From Candidatus Heimdallarchaeota archaeon (lineage in GTDB: Archaea; Asgardarchaeota; Heimdallarchaeia; JABLTI01): a stretch of 24,000 bases of DNA. The notes under the pieces are model-generated. The model was not told the origin of the DNA. It ran no database searches and saw only the letters and a program-made list of their open reading frames with translations. Positions 14,508 to 23,587 of this stretch are shown here, in pieces. The stretch spans positions 6,832 through 30,831 of the forward strand of contig JABCTZ010000019.1 in the NCBI GenBank assembly GCA_018238155.1, in the 5' to 3' direction. Each line of letters begins with the position of its first letter. Position 1 is the stretch's first letter. Made by a program: the position numbers and the translations under genes.

Positions 14508-15821
14508 TTATATTTTGATTGTCACTGGTTCTTCTAGGGGATAGTTATCTGTGTAATTTCCTGGATCGATAATATATTCCATTCCTGAGAACCATACTAT
14601 ATCCGACCAGTAATTCCCTTGATCGTTTTCTTCATCAAACCATTGTGGGTATCCAACATAATCAGTACAGTTTCCCGCTACTTTAGCTTGTGCTTGTATT
14701 GATGGTATGTTATTGTAGTTATTATCTATAAAATTATTATTCCAGATAGTTGTGTTTACTCCTTGTGTCACCATTCCATATTCCAAATTATGTTCGAATA
14801 CATTGAAGCTAATTCTTGGTATCCTTGAACAATATAGTTCCATCCCAAGTGTATTGTTATAGTATGAATTATTATTTATCTCTGTAGAGTAACTTAACCA
14901 AACATAAAGTCCACTAACATTATTCGAAATAAGATTATTGTTGGAAAAGAGGCTATCTGAAATTCCATAAGCAGAAATTCCGTAATAAACATTTTTAGAA
15001 CAATTATTTTCCTTAATTAAGCCATTGTTTGTGTAACTAATTAATAACCCAGAACCATTCTCTGTTAAATTATTTCCCACAATATTGACATTTTGACTAT
15101 AAACAATAGCAACACCTAAACCACAATTTATTACTGTGTTATTATCAAATTGGATATTCTTTATATATTGCATTTGTGCACCCCATCTTGTACAGTTTAT
15201 GAGATAATTTTTCTCTATAGATATTAGTTCAGAATCCAAAATTGTAAATCCATCTTCGCAAGAATCGAAGGTATTTTTCTTTATGCTTGTATTATAATTA
15301 TCTAGTACATGTATTCCATCTCCTTGATTTTTGAGAAAAGTATTTGAAGTAATTTCCAAGCTACCAGTAGATGTTGCTTCTATTCCTCTGCCATTTTTGA
15401 AGAATTTATTACCACTTATTAGGCAATTGCTACTTATTCTTATAATAACCCCATAGTCATTACTTTGTATAGTATTGTTTACTATTTTTGCAATACCATT
15501 TGATAATCCTCTTAAATCAATACCCTTATTGGAGTTTCGTAAAACACAATTTTGAATGACAAAATGTTTTGTTATATCATAGATTTTGATATTGTGAAAC
15601 CTATTACCAGATAATTCATAGCCATCAATAATAAACGGATCTTCTTCTGTTCCTTTTCCAGGAAAGTGATATTTTCGAGAAAAATCCTTATCCTCATATA
15701 TTTCTATCACATTTATTGGTCGAAACCATACACCTAAGAAAATTGCAGTTCCAGTTATTGTTACAACTAATCCAATTATTACTATTGTAAGAACTTTGTT
15801 GTTTATTTTCTTCAATTCCAA
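14508..15821 (-). CDS. membrane-anchored parallel beta-helix surface protein, paralog 2
   Basis: 437 aa with a TTG start. Same architecture as paralog 1. Tail: QGNYWSDIVWFSGMEYIIDPGNYTDNYPLEEPVTIKI. Confidence 0.8.
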   Translation of the reverse strand: MELKKINNKVLTIVIIGLVVTITGTAIFLGVWFRPINVIEIYEDKDFSRKYHFPGKGTEEDPFIIDGYELSGNRFHNIKIYDITKHFVIQNCVLRNSNKGIDLRGLSNGIAKIVNNTIQSNDYGVIIRISSNCLISGNKFFKNGRGIEATSTGSLEITSNTFLKNQGDGIHVLDNYNTSIKKNTFDSCEDGFTILDSELISIEKNYLINCTRWGAQMQYIKNIQFDNNTVINCGLGVAIVYSQNVNIVGNNLTENGSGLLISYTNNGLIKENNCSKNVYYGISAYGISDSLFSNNNLISNNVSGLYVWLSYSTEINNNSYYNNTLGMELYCSRIPRISFNVFEHNLEYGMVTQGVNTTIWNNNFIDNNYNNIPSIQAQAKVAGNCTDYVGYPQWFDEENDQGNYWSDIVWFSGMEYIIDPGNYTDNYPLEEPVTIKI

Positions 15822-16360
15822 TTTCTCACCATTTTGTTATATGTAGCACTATAAATACCATTTCAGATTTTACATTGAGTAATTCTAATGTTTTTTTTGT
15901 TTCTTATAGGTTAAGTGAATTTCTGTAAATTCTCTCTACATTTCTAGGATTTGTTTTAAGATGCCTTTTTCCTTTCTTTTCCAACTGAATTTTCTTAATC
16001 ATTAATTCATTCTAGTCTTAGTGAAAGGGAAATTTGAGTGCCTGCTAGAAAATATTATATTAAGCAATTAATTACTCACATTAAAGATTTTTCTTTTGAC
16101 AGTGATCTTGATTCAATATTTGCTACTTCTCGTGCTCTTTAATCCTTAGAGCGGTATAGAGAGGACATTCCTGAGTTGCTTTCTCTTTCAATGAAGCTTT
16201 TGAAGGATTTTTATCTCCAAGAGAATGAAATTACTTTTCCAGTCAATCTTAGAATGACTGATGAAAGATAAATAGCTATTTCTGAAGTTTACTGGAATGC
16301 TCTCCATGCCATACATTTTCACGATTGATCTGTTCCCTCTCATATTGCTTTTTTCTTGCT

Positions 16361-17707
16361 TTAGAGATTGATTGTCACTGGTTCTTCTAGTGGGTAGCTA
16401 TCAGTATAATTTCCTGGGTCGATAGTATACTCCACTCCTGTATACCATACTAACTCCGACCAGTAATTTCCCCTTCCCATTACTTCATTATGCCACTTTG
16501 TGTGTTCTTCATAATATGTTCCATCAAATGAGCAATTTCCATTACTTCTTGCTTGTGAATGTATTGTTGTAATGTTGATGTAATTATTGTCTATGAAATT
16601 ATTATTATAAATGGTAGTATTTACTCCTTGAGTTACTATACCATATTCTAAATTGCGTTGAATAATATTACAATTAATTTGAGTAATATTTGAACAAAAT
16701 AATTCCATTCCTAGACCATTATCAACAAAGCTATTATTGTTTATTGAAGAGATATCACTTGCCCACATTGATATTCCACTTTTATTATTTCCATTAAAGA
16801 AATTGTTACAACAATTACTATTGGTTAACCAATATATCCTGATACCAAAATCACTATTTCCTGATCCATTATTTCCCGTAATTAAGCATTTGTTTATGGT
16901 TTCTAAATAAAAACCGTTACCTCTATTGTCCACTGAAGTATTATTTACTAAGTCTATATTTTGACTTTGACATATTCCGAATCCTAAACTACAATTTGTT
17001 GCTGAATTATTACCTATAATTATATTCATTACTTCTTCTGCATAAAATCCTAATATGCAGTTTGTAAAATTGTTTCTTTTTGTTAGAATATTTTCCGAAC
17101 GATAAATTACTAATCCACTATTAAAAGAGTCAAAGGTATTGTCTTCTATTCTTGTATTATTGTTATCCGAAAAATTCATCCCTTCAATCCAAGCAATGTG
17201 GTCATACTTGTTATTGATAAGGATATTTGATTGTATTGTATAACTACCTGTTCCCGCTTCTATTGCTTGATGGTTATTGATGAAAGTGTTATTACTGATG
17301 ATACAATTATTATATCCTCTAATAATAATTCCAAAATCATTATCTCTTATAGTGTTGCTTAGTATTTGTGCAACTCCATAAGTTAAGTTAACTAAATCCA
17401 TACCTTTGCTGGATTTTTCCAAAATACAATTTTGAATGATGAAGTATTTTGTTATGCCTACAATTCTGATGTTATGATGAGAATTTCCTGATAACTCGTA
17501 ACCGTCAATAATATAGGGGTCATCCTCTGTTCCACTGCCTGGAAAATGATATTTTTGTGAGAAGTCCTTATCATCAAAAATTTCTATTTGTTCTATTGTT
17601 CTAAACCGCCAGCCAAAGAAAATCGCTGTCCCAATTGTTGACACGACTATCGCTATGATTATTACTGCTTGAACTTCACTACTTAGTTTTCTAAATCTCA
17701 CTTTCAA
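16361..17707 (-). CDS. membrane-anchored parallel beta-helix surface protein, paralog 3
   Basis: 448 aa with a TTG start. Same architecture as paralogs 1 and 2. Tail: RGNYWSELVWYTGVEYTIDPGNYTDSYPLEEPVTINL. Confidence 0.8.
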   Translation of the reverse strand: MKVRFRKLSSEVQAVIIIAIVVSTIGTAIFFGWRFRTIEQIEIFDDKDFSQKYHFPGSGTEDDPYIIDGYELSGNSHHNIRIVGITKYFIIQNCILEKSSKGMDLVNLTYGVAQILSNTIRDNDFGIIIRGYNNCIISNNTFINNHQAIEAGTGSYTIQSNILINNKYDHIAWIEGMNFSDNNNTRIEDNTFDSFNSGLVIYRSENILTKRNNFTNCILGFYAEEVMNIIIGNNSATNCSLGFGICQSQNIDLVNNTSVDNRGNGFYLETINKCLITGNNGSGNSDFGIRIYWLTNSNCCNNFFNGNNKSGISMWASDISSINNNSFVDNGLGMELFCSNITQINCNIIQRNLEYGIVTQGVNTTIYNNNFIDNNYINITTIHSQARSNGNCSFDGTYYEEHTKWHNEVMGRGNYWSELVWYTGVEYTIDPGNYTDSYPLEEPVTINL

Positions 17708-17817
17708 ATCCCTAATACATTATCTTTTACTATATACTAAATATCTTTTCCATCTTTTCTAAAGAATATATTCATGCTTTTTTTGTTTTCTTCTTCATTA
17801 TTACTGTTATTTGCTAC

Positions 17818-18285
17818 TCAACCAGATAGACAAAAACTTGTCGTTGGAACTTGAGGATAACCCATTGAAATGTGGCAAACATCTATACGGTAAACAGGAT
17901 CTCTCATAAAAGTCACAAATCGATTTGCTGTTGGGATTGTTGTTGAATATATCCTTAGTTCTCCTTCAACACAAACAATGATTTCCTCTCTCCAATCACC
18001 AAAAACATCTGCCCAAGCAATACCATCATTTGGTAAGGATGCTATTTTCTGATCCGAAATCAAATATTGTCTTATCGTGTATTAATTCTCTTTGCAAATC
18101 TGCATCCCAATAAGCAGCAAATAATGTATAACCAAAGTCGTATTCTTGTTCTGTTGCGATGACTGAACCATTTGCTGCATGTATTCTTCGGTAAGGCGCT
18201 TTTTTATCTCCCGAATATCCTTCCATGCCAGGGTACCGAGAGTCAAAATCTGACACTAATCCTTGACCATGAATATGATTTAGCA
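17818..18285 (-). pseudogene. 5'-truncated and frameshifted remnant of an FG-GAP/beta-propeller gene (rhamnogalacturonan-lyase-family-11-like C-terminal region)
   Basis: Track ORFs 18026..18256 and 17818..18063 are consecutive pieces of one reading frame, offset by 1 nt.
- Piece 1: HIHGQGLVSDFDSRYPGMEGY.
- Piece 2: AWADVFGDWREEIIVCVEGELRIYSTT...DPVYRIDVCHISMGYPQVP.
These match the GDWREE ... LRIYTT ... Y(N/P)QP pattern of that family. The frame break is at the A4 run near 18045. Only about 150 codons remain. Confidence 0.65.
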
Positions 18286-18320
18286 GGTGTTTTCTCTTCT
18301 TTTTTTTTGAATAGTTATTT

Positions 18321-18851
18321 TTAGCCTTTGAATCTTCTATTGAGATTTTCCAAATTTCTCTCTTCTTTCGTTTCTTTGTGATTGTTTATCTGAATAATTT
18401 CTTCAATGGTCTCTCCAATAATTTCGTCATTTTCTAATAGAAACCCTTCATCTTCTTCTGTTGGTCGAACTATTGACACATTATCGTTTTCCTTGAAATG
18501 TAATTTTGATAAATTTTCTTCCTCTTTGTTTTTCTCCTTTGAATTCTTCTTATAATTATTTTTGGTTTTCCGTCTAATGTAGATGATCCCTATTACACCA
18601 CTTATTATCACTGCCAAAACTACAACTATGATGAGCATTATTTTTCCTATTCGTATTAGCTCAGAAATATCATTTACACCAAAATATAATGGTATAAGCA
18701 TTATCCCTGCAAAAACCAAGAAAACGATGAACCCTAGGTCTGAGCTTTGATTATTCTTCATTTCTCTCACCTTAGAATGATTGATGAAGTGATTTAAAGA
18801 CCGCTTTTTTTTTGATAAATACGCGTCCTCTAAATAACTCACTAGAAACAT
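18321..18851 (-). CDS. hypothetical two-TM membrane protein with Lys/Glu-rich cytoplasmic tail
   Basis: 176-aa ORF with an ATG start and an alternative start at M31. Hydrophobic helices GFIVFLVFAGIMLIPLYFGV and IMLIIVVVLAVIISGVIGIIYI. Confidence 0.5.
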   Translation of the reverse strand: MFLVSYLEDAYLSKKKRSLNHFINHSKVREMKNNQSSDLGFIVFLVFAGIMLIPLYFGVNDISELIRIGKIMLIIVVVLAVIISGVIGIIYIRRKTKNNYKKNSKEKNKEEENLSKLHFKENDNVSIVRPTEEDEGFLLENDEIIGETIEEIIQINNHKETKEERNLENLNRRFKG

Positions 18852-18964
18852 TTTAGTGAAAAATCTAAAAAGGGATAGACTAAATTATAAGTTAGTTAAT
18901 TTCATTTCTACTAAAAAATGGGATTATTATAAGATCATACTTCCTAGACTGAAGAGGCGAATAA

Positions 18965-21727
18965 ATGTCAAAAGAACAATCTTCCTTGGATTCATTTTTT
19001 GGTGTAAAGGCCAAAAAAGAAGCGAAAGTGGAAAAGAAGAGAAAGAAATTTTCCGAAAAAGAAAAGAAACAACCTAACAGTTCTACAAGAAATAATCAGG
19101 GACCTGCTTCAAAAAAAGTTATTGTTGATTTAGAGGAAGAGGATGATATCTCTGAATTTGAGAAAAAGGGTGTTGATGTGGAGGTTATCCATGAGGGTGC
19201 CCCTGTAGAATACTGTCCGAAAAATTCTCCCCCTAGTTGCCTTTTCCAGTCTATTTATGAAGGAAAAAGCGCCAAAGGATTTCTCTCCTTACTTGACGAG
19301 CAATCCAATCGATTAATTGGCTATTACGATAGTACTGGTCATAAACCCTATTTGCTTACAGATTTAACCGTGGAACAACTACAACAAATTTCTTCTGTTA
19401 AGAATTTTAGGAAGATTATCGCTTACAAGAAAGTGCAATTGAAAAATCTCCTTACTGATAAAGATGTAAATATGACTAAAATAGTCGTTACAGATCCTTT
19501 AGCCATTGGTGGTAGATATGATAGTCTCCGAGAAAAATTACCCGCTGCCTGGGAAGCAAATATTCGTTATCACAAAAATTACTTGTATGATTTGAAGCTT
19601 TACCCGGGAATGTTTTATCAATTAAAAGATGGTCATCTGAAACCTGCTGTTCAGAAGCTAGACAAAAAAGTAGAAGCTCAAATTAAAGAATTATTCAAAG
19701 ATTCTCCCAAAGAAGTACAGGATCTTATTCCTATTTATTTGCCCTTGTTTTTGACTCGAGTCCCCCATATCAAGCGCGCAGCAATTGATATTGAAGTTTT
19801 CACTAAAAACATGGATCGAATTGCTGACCCTGCAAAAGCTCTTGAAAAAGTGATTTCAATTTCATTAGTAGGTAATGATGGAGCTAAATTTGTCCTTGTT
19901 TTACAACGTGATGACGTTCCTCGTGGCACTCGCCCAAAGGAGCTTGCTGCTGATGTTAAAGTAGAATTCTTTGACGATGAAAAAGAGCTTCTCTTGAAAA
20001 CTTTTGCATTAATGAAAGATTATCCAGTTATTATAACCTTCAATGGTGATAATTTTGATTTACCATATCTTCGGAATCGAGCGAATCGTTTGAAAATAGA
20101 CTCTCGAGATAATCCTTTAATTGAAAACAGAGATTACTATTCCATTCGGAATGCCATTCATTTTGATGCTTACAAATTCTTCAATCAAGCGGCAATCAAA
20201 GTTTATGCTTATGGTGGTAAGTATAATGTTAGTTCTTTAAATGCTATCACTTCTGCTTTGCTTAAAGATCACAAAGTAGAATTAGATAAAGACATAGGTC
20301 TGTTAAATTGCTATGAACTTGCTTACTATAATTATTGGGATAGTAAAATCACTCTGGAATTGACTACTTTTAATGACAACCTTACTATGCGATTAATAAT
20401 TATGTTAATGCGTATAACTGGTATGCCCTTTGAGGATATAACAAGACAAGCAGTTTCTACTTGGATACGAAGTTGGTTATTCTCAGAGCATCGTCATAGA
20501 AATTATCTTATTCCTCGTCCTGAAGAGATTATTGGCTCCCGAGGGGATTCAACTACAAGCGCGATGATCAAAGGAAAGAAATACAAAGGAGCCATTGTTG
20601 TTTCTCCTTCTCCAGGTATTCATTTTGATGTTACCGTTTTAGATTTTGCAAGCCTCTATCCAAGCATAATTAAAATTTGGAATCTCTCTTATGAGACAAT
20701 GAATTGTACGCACGAAAGTTGCCAAAAGAATAAGAAAATGATACCTGACACTGATCATTGGGTCTGTACTAAAAATAAAGGGCTTATGTCTATTTTAATA
20801 GGCTTTATTAGAGATATTCGAGTTGATTGGTTTAAACCCAAAACCAAAGATAAATCACTTGATCAAAACACCAGAGACTTTTACAATGTTATTCAAGCTG
20901 CGTTAAAAGTCGTTATTAATGCTTCTTATGGTGTTTTTGGTGCTGCTCATTTTCCATTCTATTGTCCGCCTTTAGCTGAAGCAACGACAGCAATAGGTAG
21001 AAAAGCTATTACAGATACGATTGAGAAATGTGAAGAAATGGGCATTCCAGTTATCTATGGTGATACTGATTCGGTTTTTCTAAAAAGCCCCACAAAAGCT
21101 CAAATAAAAGAACTCATCAAATGGAGTGATGATCATCTAAAAATTGACCTTGATGTCGAAAAAAACTATCGATACTTGGCATTATCTGATAGAAAGAAAA
21201 ACTATCTTGGTGTGTATCACGATGGAAAAGTTGATGTCAAAGGATTATTGGGCAAAAAACGAAATACTCCTACATTCCTCAAAGATGTGTTTAATGATGT
21301 CGTTCAAATTTTAAGTGAAATAAAAGTTGAAGAAGATATCGTGGATGCGCGAAAGAAAATTGAAGAGCGAGTACAACAATGTTATAAAGACCTCAAAAAC
21401 AGAAAATTACCTATTGAAGATCTTGTATTTCGAGTACAGTTAAACAAAGCTCTCGCACAATATATTAAAACTACACCTCAACATGTTAAAGCCGCTCGAA
21501 TATTGTTGGAAACAACTGGTAAAGAGTTGGGTGCAGGTGATTTGATATCTTTTGTGAAAACATCAAGTGGAATTGGTGTTAAACCCTTAGAACTAGCAAA
21601 AATTTCTGATATCGATATCGATAAATATTTAGCTCAAATGGAATCAACTCTAAAACAAGTTTTGGAACCAGTTGGTGTTTCCTTTGAAAAAATAATTGGT
21701 ATTAGGTCTCTTGATGATTTCTTTTGA
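18965..21727 (+). CDS. polB: family-B DNA polymerase
   Basis: 920 aa.
- ExoI: AIDIEVF.
- ExoII: FNGDNFDLPYL.
- ExoIII: YNYWDSKITLEL.
- PolA: LDFASLYPSII.
- PolB: KVVINASYGVFG.
- PolC: YGDTDS.
ATG is preceded by GAGG. Confidence 0.95.
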   Translation: MSKEQSSLDSFFGVKAKKEAKVEKKRKKFSEKEKKQPNSSTRNNQGPASKKVIVDLEEEDDISEFEKKGVDVEVIHEGAPVEYCPKNSPPSCLFQSIYEGKSAKGFLSLLDEQSNRLIGYYDSTGHKPYLLTDLTVEQLQQISSVKNFRKIIAYKKVQLKNLLTDKDVNMTKIVVTDPLAIGGRYDSLREKLPAAWEANIRYHKNYLYDLKLYPGMFYQLKDGHLKPAVQKLDKKVEAQIKELFKDSPKEVQDLIPIYLPLFLTRVPHIKRAAIDIEVFTKNMDRIADPAKALEKVISISLVGNDGAKFVLVLQRDDVPRGTRPKELAADVKVEFFDDEKELLLKTFALMKDYPVIITFNGDNFDLPYLRNRANRLKIDSRDNPLIENRDYYSIRNAIHFDAYKFFNQAAIKVYAYGGKYNVSSLNAITSALLKDHKVELDKDIGLLNCYELAYYNYWDSKITLELTTFNDNLTMRLIIMLMRITGMPFEDITRQAVSTWIRSWLFSEHRHRNYLIPRPEEIIGSRGDSTTSAMIKGKKYKGAIVVSPSPGIHFDVTVLDFASLYPSIIKIWNLSYETMNCTHESCQKNKKMIPDTDHWVCTKNKGLMSILIGFIRDIRVDWFKPKTKDKSLDQNTRDFYNVIQAALKVVINASYGVFGAAHFPFYCPPLAEATTAIGRKAITDTIEKCEEMGIPVIYGDTDSVFLKSPTKAQIKELIKWSDDHLKIDLDVEKNYRYLALSDRKKNYLGVYHDGKVDVKGLLGKKRNTPTFLKDVFNDVVQILSEIKVEEDIVDARKKIEERVQQCYKDLKNRKLPIEDLVFRVQLNKALAQYIKTTPQHVKAARILLETTGKELGAGDLISFVKTSSGIGVKPLELAKISDIDIDKYLAQMESTLKQVLEPVGVSFEKIIGIRSLDDFF

Positions 21728-21742
21728 GCTCTATGAGAGCTC
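21726..21742. terminator. perfect 7-bp-stem hairpin containing both convergent stop codons (candidate bidirectional terminator)
   Basis: gagctct-atg-agagctc. The polB TGA is at 21725-21727 and the PPAT TAG (complement) is at 21731-21733. Confidence 0.35.
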
Positions 21743-22246
21743 TGCATCATCATTTTTCATTTTTATTTGTCTTTGCAATTGGAGCTCTAATTTTCTAAAA
21801 GTTTGTGAACTAACTATTTTTCCGCTTTCATCTCTATGATATGGTATTGCAATTGCAATAAGCTCTTCAATGTCATTCTCTCGACGTATATCGTTTATCT
21901 CAAGAAGCTTGCCATATGTCTCAGGACTGAGAACAATAAATTCTAATTCGGGAATTTCATCTGCATATTGAGTTGCTTTGGATAGCTCTCTAATATCTAT
22001 TCTATCATCTATTACTCCCAAGGAGTGTAAATAATCTCTTACATCACCTGCACGTTTTTCAAAAGGATAGATTAAATCAGGTATCTCTTTTCCTCTTCGT
22101 GCAAGATCATCACTTGTGATGCCAATGAGCACTCTTTCAGATAATTTAAAAGCTACTTTCAATAGAAGTTTATGACCACCATGTACTCTATCAAAGGTAC
22201 CACCTAAGCACCCATATTTAAAATGACATTTCTTTGCTTCGGGCAA
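21731..22246 (-). CDS. coaD: phosphopantetheine adenylyltransferase (archaeal/eukaryotic-type cytidylyltransferase fold)
   Basis: 171 aa. Nucleotidyltransferase signature GGTFDRVHGGHKLLL (GxFxxxHxGH). Size and layout resemble archaeal PPAT. A TTG start is required because the motif begins at residue 15. Confidence 0.75.
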   Translation of the reverse strand: MPEAKKCHFKYGCLGGTFDRVHGGHKLLLKVAFKLSERVLIGITSDDLARRGKEIPDLIYPFEKRAGDVRDYLHSLGVIDDRIDIRELSKATQYADEIPELEFIVLSPETYGKLLEINDIRRENDIEELIAIAIPYHRDESGKIVSSQTFRKLELQLQRQIKMKNDDAELS

Positions 22247-22403
22247 ATCATTTCCTCACAGTTAGTAATTGTTTGAGAATACTAATTATTCGTTGTATTC
22301 TAAATTTAATTTCATTCTGCGTTCAAAAAAGCTTCAAGTGTATTTAATTTCTTTGTTTCCTCTCCTATGTGTAAAGAAGAGAGAAAAAGGAAGCTCCACT
22401 TCC

Positions 22404-23324
22404 TTAAAAGCTTCTTTTTGGAAGGGATGCTGCAGAAAACAGTACTCCCATAAATGCTACTACACCTGAAACAAAAGATAGGAATGGTGCCAACCAAGTT
22501 GGTAATGAATCATGTGACGGTAAACTATCTGCATTATTTGACATTGTCTCAATTGCAGTAATTGCCTTATCAGATAAAGTGCAGTACAGTACTCCAAACA
22601 ACAATATACCTATGAATACACCGGCAATAACAAATGATGTTGGACTATTATAGCCTTTTGCTCTAGCACCTGTGCTGAGTGCAATAGCACCAATTAATCC
22701 AATAAACCAGAATATTAGTAACCAATATGCCTTTCTAATGTGTATTACAACAACAATTTGCAAGGTCAAAGAAATACTAATTAAAATTCCACCAATAAGG
22801 GCACCTGGCTTGACACCTTTCATTTGTTTGTTAGTGCCTGTTATGATGAACAAGAAGGACGCAGCAACCATAATTGCCGATAGAGAGGAAAATCCCACTG
22901 CTCCAATGACCCAATAGCTATTTCCGAGTTCAAGGGAATCTACAATATTATCCCATTGAAAGAGTATGAAATATATTGTAAGAGATATAATTGCACCAAA
23001 TCCAATACCTGATATTGTGAAATGCTCCATTTTCTCACTTTCCCCAAAAGCAGTTCCGCCCCAAATGTAAAATCCACCTGCAATAAATCCTGCTCCTAAA
23101 ATGAATAGTAACCACCAAAATTGAGCAATTTCTAATAGAGTAACAACTTGTAATGCAAGTGCAATTGCAATAATAAATCCACCAATGATTGAACCAGGTT
23201 TGACCATTTTTTTATCGATAGCTCCAACAATAGTCTTTAACAGAGAATGAGCTGAAAAACTAAAAAAGGTTTGCATTCGAAAAAGTAAAGAGTTTGATGT
23301 TGATAGAAATAATTTATTTGCCAT
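22404..23324 (-). CDS. polytopic membrane protein with internal duplication
   Basis: 306 aa with an ATG start. Two homologous halves: VKPGSIIGGFIIAIALALQVVTLLEIAQFWWLLFILGAGF... and VKPGALIGGILISISLTLQIVVVIHIRKAYWLLIFWFIGL... Confidence 0.6.
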   Translation of the reverse strand: MANKLFLSTSNSLLFRMQTFFSFSAHSLLKTIVGAIDKKMVKPGSIIGGFIIAIALALQVVTLLEIAQFWWLLFILGAGFIAGGFYIWGGTAFGESEKMEHFTISGIGFGAIISLTIYFILFQWDNIVDSLELGNSYWVIGAVGFSSLSAIMVAASFLFIITGTNKQMKGVKPGALIGGILISISLTLQIVVVIHIRKAYWLLIFWFIGLIGAIALSTGARAKGYNSPTSFVIAGVFIGILLFGVLYCTLSDKAITAIETMSNNADSLPSHDSLPTWLAPFLSFVSGVVAFMGVLFSAASLPKRSF

Positions 23325-23587
23325 TTATTCTTCAAGTTACTTATGAAAACTAAGTCAGGAAAACAAAGAAAAATATGAACCTCAATACTCTACCAGATAA
23401 ACTATTTTAGTAAAAAGTTTGGTTTTCAGGTCAATTAAATAGTGCTAAATCAAAAGCTAAAAATATGCTATTACCCTAATAATAATCAAAGTAAATCTTA
23501 AAGACACAAAGATTGCTCAAAAGAAGCATTTTTGCTATTTAGAAAGCTTTTATTTAGTGAACGTAAAATATTGTGTTATTAGAATAA

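Noticed and set aside
16038-16270. Coding-looking stretch between beta-helix paralogs 2 and 3 (VPARKYYIKQLITHIKDFSFDSDLDSIFATSRAL*SLERYREDIPELLSLSMKLLKDFYLQENEITFPVNLRMTDER*)
   Set aside because: It has an in-frame stop at 16140-16142, a GTG start without clear signals, and no recognisable family. It may be a decayed gene fragment, but the evidence is too thin to annotate.
18965-21727. PolB as the polymerase of a casposon that also contains the Cas1-like gene
   Set aside because: The two genes are 12.6 kb apart and separated by a tRNA gene, three surface-protein genes and a pseudogene. PolB is flanked by housekeeping genes (PPAT, ESCRT-III), carries PCNA-binding motifs, and has host-like AT-rich composition. 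I saw no terminal inverted repeats bracketing both. It is most likely the cellular replicase.
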